Shown here: positions 13,271 through 30,643 of the stretch, piece by piece
Layout: the number at the start of each line of letters is the position of its first letter
How positions within the stretch are numbered: the stretch's first letter is position 1
Origin: Phallusia mammillata
Taxonomy: Eukaryota
Assembly (NCBI GenBank): GCA_965637545.1
Contig: OZ281496.1
Span: 124,001 to 188,000, forward strand
Direction of reading: 5' to 3'
Length of the DNA stretch: 64,000 bases
Position numbers and translations under genes: made by a program
Notes under the pieces: generated by a model
Seen by the model: the letters and a program-made list of their open reading frames with translations, nothing else
What the model was told of the DNA's origin: nothing
Database searches by the model: none

Positions 13271-16200
13271 ATGTACGAATACGAGCAAGAATTTTCTTTC
13301 TTCAAGCCAGAGCAGGTAGTGACGACGTGATATTCAAACAATATTTTAATGTATTGAATTTCAATTAAAAAACTAAAATATTTTGTTTAGATTGCTGCGA
13401 ATATGAACTCTGGCGGAAGTGACGTACCATCAAACAACCGGAAGCAATCAGACGATGCTTTGTCATTCGGTCAATAAATTTTGATTTTAATTTTGTTTTT
13501 GAAGTAAAAAAGCGTATTTTATGTTTCACCATCAAGCCTGTAGTTCTGTGCTTAGCTGTTACAAGTAGAAGCTAGTTATGTCAGTTTTAAACTTTCAAGG
13601 TCTTTAGAATATTATATTTATGGTCGGGCGTGATATTGATTTGGTGAAAGATTATTATTTGTTTTCGTCTCAACTAATTTCAGAAACTTTTTTAGATCTG
13701 TTGACGGATTTGAATCTTTTGAACGGAGAATTATTCCACGAAGGTAAACTGAACTGAAAATTAAAAACACAAAACAGACGTTAAAATTAGAATTGACTGA
13801 ATTAAGCTTCTATGTTCGAATTAGACAAATTGACAAAAATAATTGAAATTAGACAAATCTATATTCGGATTGGACAAATTGGTGTTAACGCGATAGAATG
13901 AAACACAAGCGCACATATTGCCATAAATAGTTGCTCTTATAACCGCCATTTATACATACAAAATAAATTTATACATATGCTTGAGGACGTGTTTTGTCGC
14001 ATTTCTGACTGCAATGCTACAAAACACGTTCTGTACCGCACAACATTATAATACACTATAAGTTAACTTCTGTGTTAAGTTTGTTTATCTGTTGCAGGAT
14101 GCGAACGGGATGGTGGAGACCAGTTCGTCCCTGAAGTCGAAAACTGTGAGTTTTGCTTTTTAAATGTTTGTTCGAATACCGAAGACCGCCATTTTTGTTG
14201 CTTGATATCAACAATGATCTGTGAAGCATCGTTTCATAAAATGAAATGTCCAACAACTTTAAATTACAAATTAAGACGCGTTTTTTCTCATTGTTTTGCT
14301 ATAACATATTTATCAATTTTCTACCAAGTAAAAAAATGGAATGTTGTTTCTTACAGATTTCGCAAAAATCTGGAGTCTGTAATTTTAGAATTTCATAATA
14401 GCGCGAATCGCGACGTTTTCCTGTTTTCGCGTTTGTGACAAAGTTATTTGTGACGTAACACTTACACTCGGTTTCAATTTTTCCGACAAAATTTAAGGTA
14501 TTTTCCGACATAGAGACATTACGTCACAATGGTGTTTATGGGTCACAGAAGGTCACATCCGCTGTATGGTATCGAGTTCCAGGCTCTTAGCATTCGGAAG
14601 CAAACTTGTTGGCAAATATTCGCCCGAACGCAATCGCCCGCATCGCTCGCAAGTCTGGCGATGTTGCGCGAAAAACTGCTGTGAAATATTTGAGTTTAAT
14701 GCGGGGGAAAAACTTCCACTATAATGTTGCGTTTAAATTTCCCTCGACTAAACTATATGGACGAAAATTACTAAATTAATTTGATGAAATGCTGTAAGAC
14801 CTACATGAAACCCAAAAATTTGAGTAAAACTGTAGATAAGTTCAAAAAAATCAGCCATGTTCAGTGAAAAGAAATATTTCACATTTTGATATGCCACATT
14901 GAATCGCATTTCCAACATTAAGTTTAATTTGAATCCAGTTGAAATGAGTTTGTAGAAAGATTGAAAAGATGAAATCGTCTCGCGTTTTGCGCGTCACAAT
15001 CTAATTCGAACTTTGCCTCGAGGCTTCTTTAATAAGTATACTGACGTCACACGTATAAATAAATGTGGGACTGTTTTTTTTTAGGTTTTGGCACTTTTTA
15101 GATTTAGTCCGTGAAATTTTTGCTTTTTGCAAGTCTGGATGTTATAAGTTAGGAATAACTGGTTTTACTCACCTGAACGGTTGATTGTGATGTAACAAAG
15201 CTCCTGTGCTGTCTTTGCAAAGTTGGTTTCGAATTCACGCATACCGGTGCAGGTTGCGCCAAGCGTTGTGAGTTTAGGGTTTTGACAAGTTTGATTGACG
15301 TGAAACGGAAGTGTTTGGCATCGGAGCGCTCACTCGAAGCTCAACCTTTGCGATTCGAAGAAAAACGCAAAATTGATAAAAGAGAAAGGCGTTCCTCCTC
15401 CTCTCACTCCTCCCGCTTTTTTATGAATGAGTTCCTTGTTTTCCTTGTTTCATTCACAAATTCGTCGGGTACGTTTTCGCTGTTGTTTGCCAAGGTGCGC
15501 TCGTGCACGACGCACACACACGCATTGCGAGCCCGTATGCAATGACTCATCGGGTCTGTCGCTGTACACCTTGATAATTTGCGAAAAAACTGCGATTTAA
15601 ATTAACCATCCCCACATCACCTTATTCACTTAATGTCAACTTCACCTTAATATGTTCGTCTGTGCTTTGCCTGATAAGTAATGACCACGAATGCTTGAAA
15701 CGTCCACAACTAGTTTCAAGATGGGTTGTTGACTGGTTTACACAATGCGAAACGTGTTATATGTTGGAACCGGTACGGTGGTCGTCAATATATTGTATGT
15801 CTACATGGGAATGGACAGTTGATGTGAAAAAACAAAAATCAAGAATCCCAAAAGTGCTGTTGGCATTTCAAAGTAACAAACCACTGTGTTACATCACAAT
15901 GGAAGTGGCAGGGTCGCCATCGACATGGACACCAAAATAAGGACAACTGAAAAATTAAATTTTCATTTGAAAATGGAAGGAACGTTTCGAACAAAACGAG
16001 CCATGACATATCACATGTCATATAATTTGCCAGAAACAATCTGTTCCAGCAACACCTTGTTTGTAGAAAATACTTCAGCACAGGTTTACTTTTACCTATA
16101 GCAGGGATTTGACTTAAGTTGTAAACAATTTAAACTTAAATGTTGAAAATAAGATAAAATAAGGACTCAAGTCAAAAACAATGACATTTATTTAGAAATA

Positions 16201-19200
16201 AGGACAAAATTTTTCCTAAGACATAGCCCTTCAAAATAAGGACGGTATGGCAGCCTTACATACATCCCAAAAAGTTATTTTCAAACAAACGGGAATTTGT
16301 AAAGCCACTTTGGCAGCAAAAAACTTGTCAAAATTTCGTTCGGCGATCTGAGCGGCCAATAAATATTGGCAGGACAGATTTGGATAATGCGGTTGAATGA
16401 CAATAATATCAGCACTTGACACAGATTACCGGAATTATTCAAATAATCCTATAAAATCGACAAATCAAAATCATATTTTATTTCCGTAATGCGGAAGAAC
16501 ATAAAAGCTCTTGGCTCTCATTTAATCCCATGCGTTAGAGGATTATCTCTAATCAACTTCAATTAATTGTTGGGCATTTTTTGATCGCTCTTGCTCGGGA
16601 TTTGGGGTTCGTCCATTTCACAGCAAAGCAGTGTCAGGGCTGTACACGAGTTTTTATGTTTTAGAGTTTTTGATTCGTTGAGACTGAAGATTTGTTTTGC
16701 TTAGCAGGAGGTTGTAAAACGCGGAAATATTTGTGGCTAAATATAGTTTCCAATGAATATATCGGAAAATCTATTTTCAGCATATTTATTCCGCTGCGCG
16801 ATAAATGAGCTATGTTGTGTGTGATGAGAACATTTGGTAGGTTTCCAGTTTTGTTTTTATAAATTCGAACGTAAATTGATTCGATTTCGGTTGCAAAGTG
16901 GTTTTTTATTTTGTGTTGAAGCAAAAATGCAAATTTCTCAAAGTAATTGGAAAGCATGAAAAGTTCATGAAACTCAAATCATCCATCTGTAACCCATAAT
17001 TTACATTGCCGGTAGAGTAATTACAGGGTCAGCAGCGTCGCAGGTGGATTCGAGTTTACGTCACAATTACTTTTGTTTTCAGTGGTTCCGCTCGAGAACA
17101 ATTCGACGAAAGAATCAAAAGTTCCAGAATTCTCGCACCAAGCGCCCCCTAGTGGCGGGGAGGCCCTCTACCCCCCAGATTTCGCCTCTCCGTCTTCATC
17201 CACTGGAGGTGCTAAACAATGCATGCAGAGATGTCGTAATGCTTCTGGTGTCACTACTGATGACGAAAGAGTGCTGATGACGCCGGAATTGGGTCTGGAC
17301 CCTCTTGATGACATCACTGGGGTTTTCCCGGGGTTTAATGATGGGGTTAAGCAGGGGGAACCCCCAAACCCCGCCCCTCGATCTTACCCAACTTGTAATT
17401 CGAGTAAAGAATCGAAATCGTGGAATTCTGCTCAACTCGGGGATTACGTAAGACACAATTATGACGTAACAACGCCTTACAATGCCCGGTTTCATCGAGA
17501 TTCGAACGAAGGCGTGTTTTTCAATGATGACGTATACGCATGGTACCAACAACATGACGTCACTCAACGCAACAGACAGTCTGACATCACGCCTACGTCA
17601 TACCCACGTCAACAAGCTCACTGCCAGCAATCGATGTATTATGACGGAAGTGGGGTGATGTCGGCCCCTCCCTACCCCTCTGCTGACCGGAAGGGGATTC
17701 CCCAGGTAGAACCCCCGCCCCTCACCCACTATCCCGCTCCCACCCAACCAAAACCCACCAACGAGTATTGCCATGGTTACGACCAACGTCTGCGAAACGC
17801 AAGTTGTCCGGAAGCGTTGGAATCTCACGGTTTCTATGACAACGTCCCCCCGACTCCCCAACCCCAACACGGACCCTGTTTCCCCTCCCCATCGCTGGTG
17901 GTTCCCCAAAACCCCTCCTGCACCCCGCGAACCCCGGTCAAAAAGCCCCACGAAGTCCCAGACCGAAGCAACGACGATTTCAACTTCCGGCTTCCGGCTC
18001 CACGCGGAATTCTCACGAGAAAAAAATCAGAAGGTGCGTTATTGTCATTTAACAACCTATTTGTTTGTGACGTTTTGGGTTCCACAAACTAGTTGATGAA
18101 AACAACAAGTTTGTTGTAATTATTGATTGAAATACTTCAGTGAGTCATAAACATAATTTAACGATTTCCGAAACGATTGTTTTGGTCATAAACCTCAGTT
18201 GTAATTGTCGTGTGAATTAGAACAAAGACGCGATAAAATACGTAACAATGTTGTTTGTTTGTGACGTCGTAACACGAAAAATTTGTTACAGATCAGTTGC
18301 CTAGGAACCGACCTAATGATCACGTGACTCAGGGAAACAGCCAATCAGCAACCAGGTAAATAATATTTAAAATATAAATATAACTAGAAGGGTGGCTTAG
18401 CACATATTGCCCTTGCACATACACTATAGCATATTTTGAAACATTAATATATTTCCTACACTTATTTATATTGGGTCCTATATTAGCCATCGTCTTTTAT
18501 AACCTTGGTTGTTTCTGCAAGCAAAAACTCATGGGTCCCCACACATGCAAAGTTGTAGATAATGCATTTCATTAGAAAACAATGAGTAAGTAGGATAACT
18601 AATTGAGGTTCAACACACACAAACTTAAACGAAGGAAACCACAATGACTCAATCAATAGTACTGCAAAATTTCAGTCCAATCTGCCAACGTTTAAAATTT
18701 CAACCACTAGAGGTGTTTTGAGCAACAACCGTTAATGTTTCTGACATAACATAACTATATCTACCATCTGTTAAGTTTCAGCCACATCCATCAAGCATTT
18801 GATGGCAAAACGAGTCAGACAAACTTCGGGGGAAAAAACATTTTAGGGGGCTAGCAGGGTAAATACTGGGGTTATCAACAAAAACAAAGTGGGATGCACA
18901 TCTACATAACTACATCTACCATCTGTGTAAATTTCATCCAAATCCATCAAACATTTGATAAACTTTGGGGAGAAAAAAAAATGAAAGAAAAAACAAAAGA
19001 AAAAAAAAGAAAAAAAACAAAAAAAAAACAAAAAAAAAGAAATAAAAAAAAACAATTTGAGTAAAATCAATATGTGTCCCCTTCAGGGAAGGGGACCCAT
19101 AATGAGTACGAGGGTCGTCCCGGTTAAAATATTTCGTGAATATTAAAATGTTTGTCCGCACATCACACGAGTAGCTGCTGACGTGGTTCGAGTGAAACTC

Positions 19201-22200
19201 CGCTAATAAGAGTTGACTCGCTTATAAAAACTCGGACACTCTTATCCAAACCCGGCGAGTCGCGAAACAAGTGGAAGAATAATTTGCGCCTTCGATTGTT
19301 GACCGCACAATGGCACTCCTACATTGCACAATGCTACCATATATGTCGTCACAAAGCCCATTGTGTTTGTTGCGGTGACGCGTAACAGCGGTCACGCCTC
19401 ACTGAGTTTCGAAGTGCCTGTTTTCGGAAGTTTTTCATTAGTTCGTTCCGCATGAATGGCGCGCTGAATTCGCCAGCTATTCAAAGCTTCGCCTCAAACA
19501 TTGAAATTGGTTTTCGTGCCAAAATAATTTGCGTATAAATCAGGACTTACACGTTTCACGAGCCACAAATAAATCTGTGTCATCTGCATTTAATATCTTT
19601 CAACAAATTATAGTGTCTTTAAATATCAGTGACTTTGTCTTTTACGTAACTTAGTTTTAAGTGAATCTTAGTACAGTGGTTCTTAACTGGTTTTCGAAAC
19701 AACAAACATGATGGCTTGAATTATATTCCTTTATAACAGAATCCTGACTAGTAAACAACTGACAGTTAACAATAAATGACTAAATTTGTATATGCCGTTT
19801 TATACTGAATATTCAATAAATTATACGCAACTAATTCCGGTTCATCACCAAATGTAATTAACGTCCTGTAGACCAGTGTTTCCCAACCTATGGGTCGCGA
19901 CCCAAAGTTGGGTCGCCTGAACATTCTGTTAGGTCGCTTGTTTTCGAATATGAGCATCTACTTTTTGATTTCGCCTTGTAGCGTTATTTTTATATATTTC
20001 CCAAGGCTTTAAGTTGTTGCCCAACAATAATTTCATCACAACTTGTCGTGATAGTGGTTAAAACTGTTTGTGACGTCATAAAGTGATGTGTTAGCTCACA
20101 GTTAAGCGTTGTCTGGCTAATAATTCTTCGATTCAGCTCGAAGTCCTGGTTAAATGAAAATGTTTGGTCGAAAACAACAACACTATTTGTTCGTTATGAG
20201 GTTGTTGATTTGCTACACTTGCGTAGTAATTTTTGAAAAGCTTTCCCAATTTACAGACAAAAATTCAACTAAAATAGCATGTTTATGGGTCGCGAGAAAC
20301 CACTAAACAAAATTTTGATAAGTATTTGGGTCGCGTCAAAAAACGGTTGGGAACCACTGCTGTAGACCATCTAAAAAGTCATCATGGACCACTAGTTGAG
20401 AACCGCTAGATTAGTATAATATGCGTTCCAATGCCAAGTGAATCTTTCAATATGACTCCTACTCCAAAAAGTTCACCGAAACTTGGTTTAAACTGCAGTT
20501 CACAATGAATTTGTCGATTTATTCAGAGGAAGACCGCGATCCGACAGTTTCGCCGATTTCCACGTCCAAGTTCGCGTACGACCTGTGACGTCACAAAGCC
20601 TTATGCGTTCCGCGTCGCTGGAACGCGATTCGACAATTACGTCACGGTATTACCAGGGAAAAGGGGAAGCCCCCCACCAAACAGTGACTCGACAAAACTC
20701 GGCCCCAGTACTTCCGGCCCAAACCCCAGTAAAACAGGTGAAATTTTGGTGATGTTTCAAAAACGGCTGAAATTTTACGAGTTTTTTTTGCTTCGCAGGA
20801 AAAATTTAAGATCCCGGCCAGCTCTCTGGTGCCGCCTGGCGTTCGTATTAAGGCAGAACCGAAGGAGGAAGGTAAATATTGTTTCTATTGTTTCCGCCGT
20901 GGGTTTGCGTTTACAACCAAACTAACATAAAAAATTATTCACGTTAAAAAGGTTTTTTTACCCAGTTTTGGTCACAAAAAGTTTGTACAATTTTATGCAA
21001 AACGCAAATTATTTTTTACAGACCCTACGTCATCAGTTCCGTATTATGGAGTGACGTCACAAAGAGATTTTGACAAGGTATGAGTTTGTGGCTTGAATAA
21101 CATTGTGACAATCCCTTTTATGACGTCACTATTACACAGAATCCGGACCAATCAACGTGTGATGACGTCACAAGCCCACATCCGGGATACCACGGTGGGG
21201 TTCCGGGTTTCGAACCGGATCCTGGGTTCCGAATCCCCCACATAAAGTCACAACCTCCGGATCCGTATTTGGAAGAAACTTTTGTCGTGGAATCAGAAAT
21301 TCCGCAACAGTCAGCTGAAATCAGGTGCGAAATTTGTTACTGCTCGTCCACGCAAAGCCCTCTACTGACATCATGTGGCCAGTCTGTTGTACCTTCTGGT
21401 CGGGTAAACGTTTGTGGCTGAAATAAATGTCTAAAAAGGCAATACATTAGGATTAGGGCATGGTTCGGCAACCTTTTAAGCGGCGCGTGCGAATTCGCTT
21501 GTTATTTCCATGTGTTAATGACTTACACACATTTAATACTGGTTTGTGTATTTAAGGCTGGATTTTAAGACAATGACACGATAAAAAAAAACTGAAAACA
21601 AGCAGTGTAACAGGTTAAATTGTTACTCCAATTTAAACACGCAAATCGGTTGGCGTGCCATGAAAACCCCCTCGTGCCAGGGATTGCGGTCCCTGCATTA
21701 GCATTAAAAATTAGACAAGGGATTTCAACTTATTTAAAACACGACCAACCCTCAACTGAATTTTTGAAAGACAAAACCGACTGGAAACACGCAATAAATA
21801 GATAAGAAACCGTACGAAAGGGTAAAAACCTGAAGCAAAGGTTAATGTGATAGAAATACAACCGCATCTTTCTTCAGGGAGGGAGGCGGAGGTTACGGAA
21901 GACGAGGAAGTTTACAACTTTGGCAATTCCTCGTCTCACTCCTGGAAGATCCCGCGAACAACCAACAGGTCATCGCATGGACCGGAAGAGGACTCGAATT
22001 CAAACTGGTTGAACCGGAAGAGGTATGACGTCACTGGTGATGACATAACAATCTTTTTTATAATGAGTTTTGATAACTTCAAATGAGTCACAATGTTTTC
22101 TTCAAAACTTTGTTCTCCGATATTTTACGTCATTCGGTTCAAGCTACACTGATGACGTAATGAGGTTTATAGCAACCGTGTTTTTGTGCGTTGCAGGTTG

Positions 22201-22734
22201 CCAGGCGGTGGGGAGTCCAGAAAAATCGCCCTGCTATGAATTACGACAAACTCAGTCGGTCGCTGCGTTATTATTACGAGAAGGGAATCATGCAAAAGGT
22301 TTGATAGAAATCCTACTTGTAACATTATTTTGATTTAACTCCAATATTTATTTATCCGGTAGGTGGCAGGAGAGAGATACGTGTACAAATTCGTGTGTGA
22401 ACCGGAAGTCCTGTTTTCAATGTCGGGTTCACTCAACCATGAAAGGAATCCCCATTATCCCCTCCAGGGATTTCCCCGGCACCCCTACTTTCACGGCGCT
22501 TACCCCCCGTCCATGTATTTCCAGCGGCATTACCCCTCAGCCCCCCATTGTTATCAGGGTTATTCCCCCAACCCCCATCATTACCCCCACCCGAGAATGA
22601 GAAGGGGTTTCCCCCCGATGGACGAGTTCGCAGGGGGGTTCCCCTTGCGTAGACCCCAATCTGTTGCGTCACAATCAGAAACCCCACAAGCGGGCCACAG
22701 TGGAAACAGCGCCACCTTGCAGCAAAACAAGTGA
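13271..22734 (+). CDS. ETV1/4/5: PEA3-subfamily ETS transcription factor (ETV1/4/5 co-orthologue), 792 aa, 13 coding exons
   Basis: Exons: 13271-13315, 13391-13469, 13696-13743, 14098-14145, 17083-18033, 18292-18355, 20527-20737, 20799-20871, 21022-21077, 21140-21324, 21878-22022, 22197-22298, 22363-22734 (2379 nt, phases consistent). ETS domain [18 protein letters not shown]...[65 protein letters not shown] is PEA3-diagnostic. N-terminal DLLTDLNLL...DQFVPE resembles the PEA3 acidic domain. Confidence 0.93.
15909..16258 (+). mobile_element. Diverged MITE, same family as 37517-37810
   Basis: Ends CAGGGTCGCCAT / ATGGCAGCCTTA, with AAGGAC subterminal repeats. The internal sequence aligns with 37517-37810. 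Confidence 0.72.
18381..19103 (+). mobile_element. Helentron/DINE-1-like non-autonomous element
   Basis: Begins TAACTAGA. Subterminal inverted pair GCACATATTG (18400) / CAATATGTGT (19069). Two internal core repeats of about 55 nt (ACATAACTA.ATCTACCATCTG...CCATCAA.CATTTGAT), an A-rich microsatellite at about 18975-19055, and a 3' hairpin GTCCCTTC-AGG-GAAGGGGAC before ATAAT. Confidence 0.6.
19674..20408. mobile_element. Non-autonomous hAT element (outer) in ETV intron
   Basis: TIRs CAGTGGTTCTTAACT / AGTTGAGAACCGCTA, with degenerate TSD TCTTAGTA / GATTAGTA. Confidence 0.75.
19874..20359. mobile_element. Non-autonomous hAT element nested inside 19674-20408
   Basis: TIRs CAGTGTTTCCCAACC / GGTTGGGAACCACTG, perfect 8-bp TSD CTGTAGAC (19866-19873 and 20360-20367), and GGGTCGC subterminal motifs. 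Confidence 0.92.
21459..21695 (+). mobile_element. hAT MITE, same family as 6680-6970
   Basis: TIRs CATGGTTCGGCAACC / GGATTGCGGTCCCTG, degenerate TSD GATTAGGG / CATTAGCA, and shared internal block with 6680-6970. Confidence 0.75.
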
Positions 22735-23306
22735 ATGAATAGGAACCGCTAGATGGCGTAACACGACCCATCTGTGTCAGGATCGGGTATTTTAGCTTTT
22801 TTACATGGTTCGACCCTTTCTTGGAATTTGTGAAACATTGAGTCCCGTTTTTATGGGGGAGGGGTTAAGATGGTCGGACCCGAAATAGAAATCCAGAGCT
22901 GTACAGTATTACAGGTTGTTTTCGCTAAAGTTTCACATTCTTAGATTTTGTGCCAAGTTTCACGATTTTAATGAAAGTTTGTAATTAACGTTAAAATATT
23001 TTTGCACATATATTTTCTGGATGATTTTGCTGCTTTTTACAACAGCTGCAAAAATATTTTGTTTCATTCGAGAAATAAACTCGAGTGTCGAACATTCACG
23101 AGTTCAAGTGAAAATAAAGTTTTGCCAATTGTTTATTTTCGATGAGAATGTTGCGTGCTTCTGAAATTAAGAAAACTTATTTTCAGTATTTTTTCGTCTC
23201 GCTGCCATCTCGCATTTGTATTGTTTGTAATAAATGACGCGCGATCCTGTTCAGTTGTTTAAATGTTGTAAAACATTTCGAAAGAAAATCTGCTTGAAGC
23301 AGTTCA

Positions 23307-23455
23307 CAGGGATGGCAGTGCGGTACGGTACGTACTGTGTTGACCGTACCACAGGTCTCGTAGCGAAAAGCATACACCGTACCAAATTTCAAAAGCTGAA
23401 ACGCACCGCCGTGCCGTACTTGGGCTACGGTACTATGTTTGTGTACAGTACCTTA
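23307..23455 (+). mobile_element. Truncated MITE with CGGTAC/GTACCG subterminal repeats
   Basis: Starts CAGGGATGGCAGTGCGGTACGGTACG, with multiple GTACC/CGTAC motifs. No second TIR. Confidence 0.55.
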
Positions 23456-24829
23456 AAAAACAAATCATATATATTTAGCCCAAGTTTACGATGGGTATCT
23501 AAGTGAGTGGTGTCTACGCAAGCTACTCTGTTAGCAGCATATCGGTTTAATATCAAAACCTTGTGCAAACCATGTTACATGTTTAACTATGGCGGTAGAA
23601 AGAGTTTTTAATGGGAATTATCACATGTAAAATATCGACTTGAATGTTAATGGAACGATTCTCATCTCTCACCCCTTTGTGAGCAAAATTTAATTTGTTA
23701 TGTACCTTTCCTGAACGAACGATCCATTGCAACTGCTGAATCTCTGCGAACGTCACATGCGCTTTTTTGATGACGTCATCAACATCTTTGGGACTTGGTT
23801 TAGATCAGAACCTGATAGAGAAGAGCTCACCGTTTTAGCGCTTTTATAGATTGAACGTATTCTTTAGCAGTTGTATTCTCGTTCCAATAATGATGAACAT
23901 AAACTTCAAAAACGAAAACGGTTATTTTTTAAGTCAAGTGGCGATGTTAAAACACAGTACGCATGAAACTTACGATTCAAGCGACTACTTTATTTAAGAG
24001 ATGGATAAACTCACAAAAATTGACAAAATATGTCAGTCGAGACTGTTAAAAAATATTTATTTAATTAAATTGAAGTTATCTCCAATTAATAACAAAAGGT
24101 AAAACTGTGTATTTTTACAATTGAATAGTTTTAGAATTTTTGAAACCTTCAGCTAAATTGCAAAGTTGACCGAACCAGTGTGAATATTCGAAGATAAAAT
24201 CCTACGATTCCAAATTACTTTGTCAAAAATCGTTAAAACTGCCTCACCCCACAAAATGTTTTGTTTTTGATTGAAATCAATTTAAAATTAAGGTTTGTTA
24301 TTTATTTAGATTGAAACTATGTTAACATACGCAAAGTGATGAAAGTGATATGAAATCTGTTGTATATTAGTGTAGTCTAGTTTGTTTCGCGTTTTTTTTA
24401 GCTTGTGGTCCTTCGTATTTCTGTATTCAGAAAAAGATGTTTAATTTTTACTGAAAAACTTGTTGTTTTCAACCAGTCCATGCAATTGTGCTGCAAAGGT
24501 TTTTGACGGAAAGTTTAAGAATCGAAAAAGTATAGAACGTTTTAGAATTGAAAGTACAAAAGAGAAAATATTCTACAAATAAACTCATCTCAGAATTTAG
24601 ATTAGTTGGAATTTGGAAACATGGATTGTTGACGTTTGTTGTGTTTATTAAGCAAACTCATCAGGTTTTGAAAAACAGTCAGTTGGTATAGTGATACCCT
24701 GAATAGAAATTTTAATATATTTTGTTTAACGGTGATCAATTTATTTGCGGATTATTTGTAAGTTATTATGCATGCCATCATTTGAAGACTGAAACAGCTA
24801 AATGGGAATGTCATACAAAGTTAAGTGTA

Positions 24830-30596
<5,767 letters not shown>

Positions 30597-30637
30597 CTCA
30601 TCAAGAAAACATGTGTTTGATGAAAAGGTGTATTCGC

Positions 30638-30643
30638 AATAAA
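30638..30643 (+). promoter_or_regulatory. Candidate polyadenylation signal for ANKRD11
   Basis: AATAAA 41 nt after the stop codon. Confidence 0.45.

Noticed and set aside
17196-18096. Overlapping alternative-frame and antisense ORFs in the large ETV exon
   Set aside because: Shadow ORFs of a GC-rich coding exon; only the 17073 frame splices correctly to the flanking exons.
18843-19161. Poly-Phe ORFs that look like membrane segments
   Set aside because: Reverse translation of the A-rich tract in the Helentron-like element.
2088-22734. KIRREL next to an ETS gene, echoing vertebrate KIRREL1-ETV3, KIRREL2-ETV2 and KIRREL3-ETS1/FLI1 neighbourhoods
   Set aside because: The ETS gene here is PEA3-class, a different subfamily from those neighbours, and an unsized gap separates the two genes; ancestral synteny is not supported without wider analysis.
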